Positions 12,951 to 24,500 of a stretch of 64,000 nt of DNA are shown in pieces. The notes below the pieces were generated by a model that saw only the letters and a list, made by a program, of their open reading frames with translations, did not search any database and was not told the origin of the DNA. The stretch comes from Verrucomicrobiales bacterium (GTDB lineage Bacteria > Verrucomicrobiota > Verrucomicrobiia > Limisphaerales > UBA9464), in assembly GCA_016793645.1 (NCBI GenBank), contig JAEUHD010000202.1:12174-76173 (forward strand), read 5' to 3'. The position numbers were made by a program, and so were the translations under genes. Each line of letters begins with the position of its first letter. Positions within the stretch are counted from its first letter, which is position 1.

Positions 12951-13349
12951 ATGAAGCGAGATCCTCTTAAACAATTCGTAGTCCTGCGCGAATCCCTCCT
13001 CAGTCGCCAGGCGGAACTTCAGGCTGAGCTCAAGAGCATTAATGAGGCTCTGGGAGTCGCCGGTGTGGCCGTGGCGGCGGTGGCGGCGGCACCTGCTGCT
13101 GCCGGGAAGCGTCGTGGCCGGGCTCCCGGAACCCGGGGTGGGGGCCGGCGCGCCAAGAACAGCATTTCCCTCAAGGAGGCTGTGATGACGGTCACCAAGT
13201 CGAAGCCGCTGGCGAAGCCTGAGATCCTCAGTGCCGTTGCCAAGCTGGGATATAAGTTCGCGGCGAAGGATCCGATGAACTCCCTGAACACACTGTTGTA
13301 CACCGACAAGCAGATCAAGAATCACGGTGGCAAGTTCGGGCCCGCCTGA
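12951..13349 (+). CDS. small basic protein: coiled-coil N-terminus, Ala/Gly/Arg-rich linker, HARE-HTH-like winged-helix C-terminus
   Basis: In-frame ATG at 12951 inside track ORF 12408..13349; the upstream part of that ORF is antisense to the LpoB-like gene. Sequence: [34 protein letters not shown]...[19 protein letters not shown]...[58 protein letters not shown]. The C-terminal pattern resembles HARE-HTH (RpoE-delta N-terminal type). Confidence 0.6.
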   Translation: MKRDPLKQFVVLRESLLSRQAELQAELKSINEALGVAGVAVAAVAAAPAAAGKRRGRAPGTRGGGRRAKNSISLKEAVMTVTKSKPLAKPEILSAVAKLGYKFAAKDPMNSLNTLLYTDKQIKNHGGKFGPA

Positions 13350-13370
13350 ACCTGCGGCCCAGTCATGTTG

Positions 13371-13398
13371 AGCCCGCCTTCATGGCGGGCTTTTTGTT
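13371..13398 (+). terminator. rho-independent terminator
   Basis: Perfect 7-bp GC stem GCCCGCC (13372-13378) / GGCGGGC (13384-13390) with a 5-nt loop, followed by TTTTTGTT. Begins 22 nt after the stop codon at 13349. Confidence 0.8.
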
Positions 13399-13429
13399 CC
13401 CAGCCTCCGGATTCAGACCACTTCTCCCC

Positions 13430-14215
13430 GTGCTCGCCCGCCGTGTCATTCCCTGTTTGGACGTTCATGACGGCCAGGTCACGCGCGGTGTCCAGTTCGG
13501 CCGTGCGGAGTCCGGCGGACTGCGGAACGTGGGGGATCCCGTGGAGCTCGCCGTCCGGTACAACAACCAGGGCGCTGATGAAATGGTCTTCTTTGACATC
13601 ACCGCCAGTTCGCAGGGAAGGGCGAGCATGGTGGATGTCATTGAAAGGACGGCGGACCGCTGCTTCATGCCGCTGACCGTCGGGGGTGGGATCCGGTCGG
13701 TGGACGACATGGGCCTGATGCTGCGGGCGGGTGCGGACAAGATCAGTTTGAATTCCGCGGCACTGGCGCGGCCGGAATTGATCCGGGAAGGGGCCGCGAA
13801 GTATGGCAGCCAATGCATCGTGGTCTCGATCGATGCGCGACGTGCGGGTCCCGGGCGATGGGAGGTTTTTGCCAAGGGAGGGAGGGAGTCCACCGGGCTG
13901 GAGGCCGTGGAATGGGCGGTCCGCGTGGTGGGGTTGGGTGCCGGTGAGGTTGTGCTCAATTCAATCGACGCCGACGGGACACGGGACGGATTCGACCTGG
14001 AGATCACCCGGCGGGTCAGCGAGAGCGTGGGGGTTCCGGTGGTGGCCAGTGGTGGCGCCGGGCGGCTTGAGCATCTGGCGGAGGTGTTGGTGGCGGGGCG
14101 GGCGGATGCCGTGCTCGCGGCGAGCATCTTCCATTTCGGGGATTTCACAGTCTCGGATGTGAAGGAGTTCCTGGCCGGAAGGGGGATTCCCGTCCGACGC
14201 ACCCCACCAATCTGA
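13430..14215 (+). CDS. hisF: imidazole glycerol phosphate synthase, cyclase subunit
   Basis: Contains RRVIPCLDV...[13 protein letters not shown]...PLTVGGGIR...VVASGGAG. The track start (ATG 13382) lies inside the upstream terminator hairpin. The in-frame GTG at 13430 gives the canonical [13 protein letters not shown]-terminus. Confidence 0.9.
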   Translation: MLARRVIPCLDVHDGQVTRGVQFGRAESGGLRNVGDPVELAVRYNNQGADEMVFFDITASSQGRASMVDVIERTADRCFMPLTVGGGIRSVDDMGLMLRAGADKISLNSAALARPELIREGAAKYGSQCIVVSIDARRAGPGRWEVFAKGGRESTGLEAVEWAVRVVGLGAGEVVLNSIDADGTRDGFDLEITRRVSESVGVPVVASGGAGRLEHLAEVLVAGRADAVLAASIFHFGDFTVSDVKEFLAGRGIPVRRTPPI

Positions 14216-14216
14216 A

Positions 14217-14573
14217 ATGAATCCTCTTGCCCAGACCGCCTGGTTTCCCGTGGTCATGTTGTGCGCCAGCAATGTCTTCATGACCTTCGCCTGGTACGGC
14301 CACCTGAAATACAAGTCGGCTCCACTGTGGATGGCGATCCTTGCGAGCTGGGGAATCGCCTTCCTGGAATACCTGATCCAGGTCCCGGCCAACCGCTGGG
14401 GCAGCGTTTCCTTCTCCCCCTACCAACTGAAGATCCTGCAGGAGGTCATCACTGTGGTGGTCTTCATGGTGTTCGCCTTTTTCTATCTCCAAACCCGGCC
14501 GCAATGGAATCATGTGGCCGCCCTGCTGTGCATCATTGCCGCGGTGGCCTTTGGATTCCTGCCCTCCCGCTAA
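14217..14573 (+). CDS. DMT-superfamily small membrane protein (DUF486 family)
   Basis: 118-aa hydrophobic ORF ([12 protein letters not shown]...[13 protein letters not shown]), typical of DUF486. There is a 1-nt gap after hisF. Confidence 0.7.
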   Translation: MNPLAQTAWFPVVMLCASNVFMTFAWYGHLKYKSAPLWMAILASWGIAFLEYLIQVPANRWGSVSFSPYQLKILQEVITVVVFMVFAFFYLQTRPQWNHVAALLCIIAAVAFGFLPSR

Positions 14574-14590
14574 TCCCACCCCCAATTTTC

Positions 14591-14983
14591 GTGAAGCTAC
14601 TTGAACCATTGAAGTGGACCGCAGACGGCCTGATTCCGGCGATCATCCAGGAGCGGGGAACCGGGCGGGTGTTGATGATGGCCTGGATGAACCGGGCCTC
14701 CCTGGAAAAGACCCTGGAGACCCGGAGAACCTGGTTCTGGAGTCGTTCGCGGAAGAAATTCTGGATGAAGGGTGAGTCGAGCGGCCATGTGCAGGTGGTT
14801 CACGGGATTTCCATGGATTGCGATGGCGACGCGCTGTTGATCGAGGTCGAACAGACCGGCGCCGCCTGTCACGAGGGCTATCGCAGCTGCTTTTTCCGGA
14901 GTGTCGATGAGACGGGACTGGACTGGAGGATTACCGAGCCCCGGTTTCAGGATCCGGGGGCCATTTATGGGACGAAGTCGTAG
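14591..14983 (+). CDS. hisI: phosphoribosyl-AMP cyclohydrolase (monofunctional)
   Basis: The C-terminal part of track ORF 14261..14983 reads [55 protein letters not shown]...DCDGDALL...ACH. Start set at the in-frame GTG 14591, after the DUF486 stop. No HisE domain is fused. Confidence 0.85.
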   Translation: MKLLEPLKWTADGLIPAIIQERGTGRVLMMAWMNRASLEKTLETRRTWFWSRSRKKFWMKGESSGHVQVVHGISMDCDGDALLIEVEQTGAACHEGYRSCFFRSVDETGLDWRITEPRFQDPGAIYGTKS

Positions 14984-15000
14984 GTTCCCGGCGCCGGAAC

Positions 15001-15531
15001 ATGGTGATCCTTCCCATCGACGATCTGATCCCCGTCGGCACCTCCGAGTGGTGGATTCTGGCTGGCATCGCCGCCTTCGGCCGGGGTTGTGATCTGCTGT
15101 CGACCTATATCGCCACCCCCGGCCTGGTTCTGGAGGGAAATCCGGTGGCCCGACGGCTGGGATGGCGATGGGGCCTTCCGGTGAACCTGCTGGTCGTGCT
15201 GTTGGCGGCGGGGTGGCCGATCCTGGTCGTCTCATTGGCCACGACAAGCTTTCTGGTTGCCGCCCGCAATCTCCAGTCCGCCTGGTTGATGCGGTCCATG
15301 GGGGAGTGGGGCTATCGCCGGTGGATTTCCGAACAGTTGCAGCAGGGACACCGCGGCCTGGCCTGGGGATGCCACCTGGGTGAGGCAGCCCTGTTCGGCG
15401 TGGTCGGGCTGGTCCTCGTCTGGTTCAGTCGATGGCAGCTGGTTCCGTTTGGCGTCGGACTCGGGATTGCCAGCTATGCCGTCGCCGTGGCCGGGTTTAC
15501 GTCGCTGTCCCTGTGGCGCTCCCGACCTTGA
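15001..15531 (+). CDS. hypothetical integral membrane protein
   Basis: 176-aa ORF with about 4 hydrophobic segments. An EGNPVAR motif is reminiscent of DUF5658-type membrane proteins; this assignment is weak. Confidence 0.5.
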   Translation: MVILPIDDLIPVGTSEWWILAGIAAFGRGCDLLSTYIATPGLVLEGNPVARRLGWRWGLPVNLLVVLLAAGWPILVVSLATTSFLVAARNLQSAWLMRSMGEWGYRRWISEQLQQGHRGLAWGCHLGEAALFGVVGLVLVWFSRWQLVPFGVGLGIASYAVAVAGFTSLSLWRSRP

Positions 15532-15569
15532 GCCGCCGACGGCGCGACCGGGCTGGAAGGGGATTGGGA

Positions 15570-18500
15570 CTAGGGCACAACGGCCCGGTAGTACCTCCGG
15601 GTGGTTTCCGAGGCGCCTGGGTCCGAAATGACCAGGGGTGAACCCGTCCCGTCGACCGTGCGCAGGAGGTTCCAGGCGGGAGGATTGAGGGAATCCGACG
15701 ACTCAACCCGGTATCGGATTCCCGGAATGGAGGGCAGGACGATCTCCGGCACGGTGCCATCCAGTTGGATCGTCATCACGGCGGTCCGCGGTGGGGTGAC
15801 GTCGATGGTCACCCGCAGGTCGGTGGACATTCGGGGAATGCCGTCGTCCCGCACGCGGATTCGGACGACGACCGATCCCACCTGTGTGGTCATGGGATTC
15901 CATTGGACCAGGCCCGAAGGGCTCACGGTCAGATTGGCGGGACCGGAAACGAGGCTGAATGTCAGGGACTGGGACGGATCGGGATCGGACGCGGAAATGG
16001 TGAATCGGAGGAGGACACCCGGCGTCGCCGTCAGACCGGCGACGGGGTCCACCACAGGAGCGAGATTGGGTGATCCACTCGATTCCGGGGAGGGATCTGT
16101 CACGCGGCTGGATCCTGCGGGTCCTTCCGGATCGGGAACGGCGGATCGATCCTCGGGCACACCCGAGTATCTCAGGTAGTCCACGATGGCGATTCCTCCG
16201 GGCTGCGGTCGGGAGATCAATACCAGACCGGAGACCGGATCGAGGGAGAATCCCGCATGCCATTCGCCGGGGGTGGTGGCCTCAGGCCGGGCGTCGGCAA
16301 AGAGGATGGTATGACTGTTGGGGGGAAGTACGGCTCCGGCGGGGAACGTCCAGAGACCCGGATTCTCCGCGGAATTGCTGAGGGTCCATCCCGCAAGACT
16401 CACGGCGGTGTCCCCGCGGTTGGCGAGTTCGATCCACGGACGTGGCACGCCGTCCGTTCCGGACACCCCATGGGCATTTCGCGGTTGGATCTCCGTGATC
16501 CAGACGGGCGGAAATTCGGGGAGCGCGAGGGCAACGTTGTTGCTGGATCCCGGAGTGAATGCCGGGACGGATCCGCCTTCGAGGTCCAGGGAACATCCGA
16601 AAACGATGTCGGAACTCGTCCCGCTGACCTGATGAACCTCCGCGGCGAGAACGTTGCGCCCCTTCTCGAGAAGATCCGCGGGCAGGACGAACGGGCCGGT
16701 CAATGTGGCGTTGTCCACGAGGGAGGCGGGCGTGTTGAAGTCCACCACCGAGGCCGGATCGATATTCTGGCGGTGCAGTTCCTTCCCGTTCAGATAGAGG
16801 ACCACCCCGTCATCGACGATGGTGTTGAGAACGAGGCGGGCTCCGGAGGGAACCGTGGGGAGATTGAACTCCGTCCGGAAATAGTAGGTGTTCTGTCCGA
16901 GGGTGAGTTCGGTCGACTTGGGAGCCGGAAGCGCGGAGGTTTCCACATAGAGGAGGCCGCGCCCCGTCGGCCAGGTCGCGTCCGGATAGTCGGGAAGACG
17001 CCAGGGTGAAGCGAGGGGACCCGACTGGTGGTACCGCCATTCGTTGGTCATGGAAACGAGGCTCCGAGGACCATCGTACGTCGTCGCCGATGACCAGTTG
17101 CCGACCCGGGAGTTGTCCCTTCGAACATCGATCACCTGGAGGGAGGCGCCGTTTTCCCGGGAACCCACCGGCCAGGGAGCGGCGGCCTCGTATCTGAATT
17201 CATCCAGGCCCTCCGGTCTGGACCCGTCCGAGGGAAGTCGCAGGTGGAGATGATCCCCGTCGGCGCCGAGGTCGCCCGTCCAGACTCCCGCCACAACGGG
17301 AATCGATCCGTAGGCCGACCGGAACGCGGTGAGATCCCGAACCACGCAGACGGCGCTGCCCGGGTTCAGGATGAAGGGCTCGGGGAAGTGGAAGCTCATC
17401 TGGTTTCCGGCGAGGACCAAGCCACCCAGATCCCATGGAGTCCGCGCAGAGGGATTGCTGATCTCGACATACTCGGAACGGGCTGCGGCAGGACGGTGCA
17501 TGACCTCACTGATCAGCACCTGGAATCGGGGAACCGTAATGACGGTGAAGGGTTGCGACGCGGTCCGGGCATCCGGTCCACCGTCCGTCACCCGAAGGAT
17601 GAACTGATTGGTGGAGGCACCGGCGTCCGGGTCCGTCTGCCACTGGAAAAGGCCGGTGACGGCATCGACCTGTGCCGTCGTCCCGAGGGCTTCGACGGAA
17701 TAGGTCAGCGCCTGGGGCGGAAGGTCGGCATCCTGTGCGCGGGCCGTCACCGAGACCAGATCCCCCTCCTCGACGGAGATGTCCCCAATGGGGTCGAGGA
17801 TCGGCGGTTGGTTGTCCTCCTCGACGGTGATCCCGAGCAGGAACTGATCGGATAGTGCCGCGGCGCCCGCCTGGGTGACGCGGATCAGGAGCTCGTGGCT
17901 GGCCGGGCCGTCCTGTTCCCGGGTGTTCCAGGTGAGGACGCCGGTCGTCGAATCGATGGCCACCCCCTCGGGGGCTCCGGCGGGGAGGCTGAAGCGCAGG
18001 GGGGCGGGTGGGGAGTCCGGATCGGCGGCGCGGTTGGTGACCACCAGTCGCTGGCCTTCACGAAGGGTGATGGGCGCCAGTCGGACAATCTCGGGGGCGT
18101 TGTCCACTTCGCGGACGGAGATCGTGACGACCCTTTCGCCTTGGAGAGGGGGCGATCCATCGTCGGTAACCCGGAGGGTCATGGGATAGATTCCGGGACC
18201 CTGGGCTTCCGAGGGCGTCCATCGGAAGTCCCCGGTCTTTTCGTCCAGAACGGCTCCGGGAGGGGCATTCAGGAGTGAGTAACTCAGCGTTTGCCGGGGA
18301 AGATCCGGGTCCGTCGCCGTCAAGGAGAAGGTCAGCGTGGATCCTTCATCCACCGACTGGTCGGCGATGGAGTCCATCAACGGCGGTGTGTTGGATTCGG
18401 TGACGGCGATCTGGATCCGTTCGGCCGTCGTGCGGGCGGGGGTGCCGCTGTCGGTGACCCGGAACGTCACCGCGTAGATCCCGGGTCCCTGGGACTCGGT

Positions 18501-21500
18501 GGGTGTCCAGGTGAACAATCCCGTGTCCGGTTCGATCGTTGCCCCCGGGGGGGCATCGGCGCCGAGCCCGTAGCGGAGCGTCTGCTGGGGATTGGGATCC
18601 GAGGCCAGCACGCGGAACTGGAGGAGCGATTGTTCCGCCACCTCCCGATTCCCGATGGGGTTCAGAACGGGCGGCAGATTTCCTCCCTGAATGGCATTGG
18701 GGCCGCGGGGAGTGGGTGTGTCCAGCTCCAGCAGGGTGTCCGCCGCGCCGTCCGGGAATCGCCCGGTGGAAACGTCGTCCTTCTGGTCGGAGTATTCGAA
18801 GCCATCGACAAGTCGGCCGTTGGGGTCGTACAGGCCGATGGCTTCGCGCGTTGCGGACAGGCGGAAGTTCACGTGAAGGTCGCCGGGGGGAACGGTGTTC
18901 TGACCCGGCTCACCGTCGGCCCAGACGAGCAGGTAGCCTCCCGGAGGAACAATGACCCCGGACGGAATCCGGTACTGGTTCCAGTTGGCGAAGGAGTCGG
19001 TGAGGTAGTACCCGGACAGATCAGCGGGCTGCGTTCCCGCGTTGAACAGTTCGAACCAGTCCTCGAAGCCCCCATCCGCCGGATCCGCCAGCGTGGCGGT
19101 GTTGGCCGCCATGAACTCATTGATGGTGATCCGGACCTCGGGAATGGCGGGATTGTTGGAGGCGCCGGGGGTGACGAAGTCAAAGTACCGTCGTTCCAGT
19201 GGATCGCCGTCGGGGTAGGACCCAAAACTCCGGTCGGCGCCGATGGTTCCATAGTCCACATGGTCCATGACGGCGGGGGCGGCGGGATTCCCGAGCCGGC
19301 GGATGAGCGAGATCCCTCCCCCCTGGGGTGCGGGTCGAAAACTGGCGTGCGGACTTCCCGGGGCGGATTGCGAGACCTGTCCGTCGGTCCAGACCACAAG
19401 GAACTGCCGGGGTTCCAGAGTCGTTCCGGATGGGAATCTCCACTTTTCCGGGAGTGCGGGATCATCCGTGAGGAAGAACTCCGCCAGATCCACGGCGTCG
19501 GCGCCGGCATTGTAGAGCTCGACGTAGGGATCGCGCTCGGAGGCGTTGTCCACGGGGCCCGAGACGTTGTTGGGCAGAACTTCGTTGATCCAGAGTCCCG
19601 TGAGTTGCGGGAGGGTGGCCTGAACCGAGTTTCGTGCGCCGGGGGTGGCGCTGCCGGGGGATGCCGGCGCCGTGGCCGCCCAATTCCCGGGGCGTCGGCC
19701 GTCCTGGGCCGGATCAATCTTCTGCAACGACGGACCCCTGCCGGCGGCGTTGGTGGGCCAGGGGTAGCGGTTCCCATACCGAACCACATCCACGAGGGTT
19801 TCGTTGGTGCCTCCCGAGGGATCCGGCTTCACCAGGGAGAGGCGTTCCCCGTCGTTGTCCAGGCTTCCCGGGAACACTCCGAAGACCGGGATCGAGGGAC
19901 CATACGCCGACGCAAAGGCTGCGCGATCGCGCGCAAGGACCCAATAGCCGCCGGCAGCGAGGATGGATCCGCTGGGGAATGTGTATCCAACTCCGTCGAG
20001 GCGGAACTCGGACAAATCGAACGGAGTCGACGTGGAGGTGTTCGCCAGCTCGACGAAGGACGTGTTGGGGGCAAGGGGGTCATACTGGATTTCGTTGAGC
20101 GCCACGAAATCCTCGACCTTGGGGATCAGCCCGGTGCTGATGACCTGGACGGTGTCCGAATAGCCGCTGAGAGGGGATCCGAACCGATCAACACCCGTGA
20201 TTTGAAGCTGGTTGGTCTGCTGGGATAGCGGGACGGTCATTCTCCAGGTCGTGTATCCGGTCCACTGGACGGGGTAGGGGACGCCGTTGACCGCCAATCC
20301 GGCCAGCGCCAAGGGCGCTTTTCCGGTCAGGACCACCGACGGGGCTCCCGTGACGACATCGCGTCCCCCGTTGCTGGTGATTTCCAGGGCAGGGACATCA
20401 TTGGCCTTGATCGCGTTCAGGATGGTCTGGCGACGAACCTCCAGATAGGTCCGGGCGCCGGTGTTGTCGGAGGTCGGGACTCCGTTGTTGCGGAGCGCTT
20501 CGGCACGGGAGGTCACCTGGGCCGCGACCTGCTCGGGAAGCAGCGGGCCATTGACTGCATCCAGATACGCCTGCCACAGCCGGCGTCGGATCGTGAAGTC
20601 GTCAAACATCCGGTTGATCGCCGGATCCCCCGCCCCCCACAGGCTGTCCGTGGGTCCATTTCCTCCGCCATCCAGGGCGAAATCCACGTCCCAGGGGAAG
20701 AGTTTCCATCGCAGTCCATCCCGCCGGTACGCGTACATGTTCTTGCCGCGTCCCATTCCGTACGAGTCCCAGTTTCCCACGATGCGTTCGAAGGCGAAGG
20801 TTCGCATCCACTGGTCGACATCGACACTTTCCAGGACGCTGGCGGGATAGCTGCTGGCCGGGGCATTGGCCGCCTCCACGAGCCGGAGGAGGTTGGTGAA
20901 ATTGTTGGCGGAGTCACCGATGGCGCGTTTTCTCCAGCTCCAGCGGTACCGGGCCGGTTTCAGCGGAGCCCCGGAAACGCCCGGTGGGGTGGTGAATCGC
21001 TCGAGGGTGGCGTCCACGTTGCCGAAGGAGGTGCCGTCATCCTGGAACTCAAACCAGTCCTCAATCTTGTAGAGTTCAGGATGGTCGCCCTCGCTGAAGA
21101 ACCGGCTGGCGTAGTCTCCGTTGGGCTCCTCGGAGTCCTCCATGATGTCGCGGAACTGTCCTCCATCCACGTAGAGCCGGATGTACCGGCGGTGGAGGTA
21201 TCCCGCCCCCAGCGCGCGGGCGATGGAGAAGCAGACCTGTTCCCGGAGATTGGTCGTGTCGCTTCCATTGTTGCCCGTCGAGGCCAGCACCAGCTCCCCG
21301 GCTCCCAGCAGGGGCTGGTCCTCGGGCAGGGCCACATACCAGTCCCCGGCGCCCCCCTTGAAGGGGCTCCCCTTGTCCTTGAAACCGGCGCCGTAGATGA
21401 CGCGGGAATTTCCGTAAACAAAGGTCGAGTCGCGGAACAGGTTGTTGAGCGGGGAGGATGCATTGCGGGCGTTCCGGGTCGCGGCGGAGGTCCACAGGTG

Positions 21501-24500
21501 ATAGTGGCCGAAGGTCCCGAACGGAACGGCGTCCCCCCATCGGATCAGGCATTCGTGCGCCGGGTGGTCCGCGGGATATTTGGAATTTCCGGGCGCGGCG
21601 GCTCCGTCCGTCGCCTCGACCCGGAAGGCAACCACCGCGCCGGAGGCCCGGCCGGGAAGCGTCCCGCTGTAAAGTCCGTCTCCGGCAACCGCGTCGCCCA
21701 AAGTCCCGTCATCGCGAAGGATCTGGGAGACCGTCGACGCACTCCCATCCACGCGGCCCAGGACACGCACCGCGGAGATTCCATCCGGGTCCGCCACCCG
21801 CGCCGTGATCAGGACGGACTCGTTGGCGGCGGGAAGGGCGGGGACGTGGGTGACCTCGGAGATGGACGGCCCGGCGTTGTCGACCCTTCGGCTGTTGGGG
21901 AGGCCCGGGCTGCCCAGATTCTCAGGGACCGGGATGGCCACCGGCATTTCCAGCCAATTGCCCCGGATGCGAAAGAGCACTTCCGGCCATCCACGAACCC
22001 AGCGGACCTTGGCGCGAATTGTCGCTGACGCTCCCTCCGACAACCCGGCCGACAGGGGCGTCCGGATCCGGTTGAATCCGGTGTCCCCCCGAGCCTGCGT
22101 CCTGATGTGGAGGCAGCGCGTGCCGGCGGCGGCGTCCGTGGACTGCACAGAGGACTCCGCATGATTCCCCTGGAAGGTCCATCCCGATGCCGTCGCACCG
22201 GAGCCGGATTCGAATCCGGGATTGCTGAGGAGGTTTGCCTGACTGTCGGAACGGAAGACTCCCACGTCGTCCACGAGGACTTCCCCGCCTCCCTGGAGTG
22301 TCACCTGAAGTTGGTTGGGGGGAAAACCGGTATTTCCGTTGTCCAGCCTCCCGGTCAGTGAGAATTCCGTCCAGCTTCCCTTGGCCGATTCGTCGGAGTC
22401 GGCCCAGTTGGAGGCCTGGAGCGGGTCGGCCTGGAGGTCGGTCAGTTCAAGACTGGAACCGCCGCCATCCGACCAGGTGCCCCAGGAGCCCCCGTCGAGA
22501 TAGGTCACCTCGGCAATGTCGATGTAGATCCGCGACGTGCTGATGACCCCCACGTCGTTGGTGGACTGGATGTCATCCGGCCGGGCGAGCGCGATCCGCT
22601 CTCCCCGGTCCGAGAGGGTCCCCGAGTATCCCCCGAACACGGTCCCGGAATTGAGTTGGGGATATTTCGCACGCAGATGAACCGGGTCCTTTGCCACGAC
22701 CAGGTCCCCGGCCGGGGGAATCTGCGTGCCGGGCGGGAATTCAAAGCCGATGCCGCTCGTAAACCGCCAGCCGCCGAGGTCGAGGGTGCGTTCCGAGCGG
22801 TTGTGGAGTTCGAGGTATTCATCCCGGTCATCGTCGCTGATGGGGTGGTACATGAGTTCGCTGATGACCACTTCCTCCCGTCTCCAGGAGGCGTTGGCGG
22901 CCCCCGGCGTGGGCTGCGCGAGGCGTCGGAGGGATTCCGCACCATCCGGTTGGCGTCCAAAGCTGACGCCATTCTCCTGGGCGCCAAACCGGACGGCATC
23001 CAGGACGCGTCCGCCGTCGGGACGGATCAGGAACAGGGTTTCCCCGGCGGCCTTCAGTCGGAATCCGAGGGCGTTCTGATCGAAGACGCGATGGGACCGG
23101 GGAGCGAGCGGCGGGCCGGGAGGGATCCGGAATCGGTTCGTCTGGATGTCGTCGGTGAGGATGCAACCGGCGAGGTCGAGTTCGGAGTTCCCGGCGTTGA
23201 ACACTTCGACGAAATCGACCTGCGGATCGTCGGTATGGGCGAGAAGTTCGTTGATCCTGAGGGCGGCGAGCGGTTCGGGGCGGAGAACCTCCGGTCCTCC
23301 GGGAGTGCCTCCGGGTTCCACGCTGGCGAACCAGGCGCGGGGATCGGAGGGGCCATAACTCGGGCGCGCCAGGGTGAGCGAGTGCCCCGCACCATCCGCA
23401 GCCACCGGCCAAGGGGCGGAGGTGCCGTACCCGACTTCGAACAGGGTGTCGCCTTGTTTTGCCCGGAGTCCGACGACACCGCCCTCATTGGGGAGATGGC
23501 CCGAATAGGGACCCAGGACGCCGCGGATGCCGGAGGCGGACTCCAGTGCCGCGGGATCGGCTGCGACCACGAGATAGCCTCCGGAGGGAATTACGGTGCC
23601 CGAGGGGAAGGTGTACTCCACCTCGCCCATGAGGTGGGCACCGGACAGGTCCTCGAAGATGGCCCCCGTATTATGGATTTCGAGAAACTCGAGGTCGGGG
23701 ACGGGACCAACGCGGTTGCCGCGGGGATGATACATGATCTCGGAGAACACAAGGCCGGTGGCCCGAACGAACGGTCCGGGCGGCTCACGATCCCGAACGA
23801 GGGGGCCCACCGTGGTCTGAACCGCCGGTCCCAGGTCGCGGAACAGCGCCGTGGTTGCCTGGCCGGGATTCTGGCTGGAGACCGCCATCCCGAAGAACAG
23901 GGTCGCCGGCGCCGACGCCAGCGTAACCGATCCCAGGGAGGTCCACGTCCTTCCATCCAGACTGGAGAATCCGGTGAAGGTGTTCCCGGAACGTCGAAGG
24001 CGAAGCCAGGTCTCCGGACCATTGGAGGGAAAGCCCCCGCGAATGCTCGCCGGAACCGGGACCGATCCCGCGGGGTTCCGGGATTCGAAGAAACATCCCA
24101 GCGAGGAGGAGCCTGAGAACACCGCGGCGTACCGGGCATTGGAATCCATGCGCTCGCGGGCCATCAGACCAGCCCGAAGAAAAGCGTCCGTATAATCCAG
24201 GCCGGCAAGCCGCACCTGGATGTCGAAGTCCCCCGTGCGTTCCTCGGCGGCAAACTGCACCTCGTCCGTGCTTCTGCCGAAACTCGAGCCGGCGCCACGG
24301 ACATTGAAGCTGCCCGGGCCAATCCGCACGACGCCGCCGGAGATGGCCGGGTTCCCGAGGTCGGTGGGAACATATTCCAGCGCGGTGAAACGAAGCACGG
24401 TGTCCGGGGTGACCGCATTGGGGGTGCCGGCCCGATCCGTGACGTGATTGATCGTCAGTTCGTACGGGGCACCAAAGTTCAGGGGAGAGACGGCCAGTCG

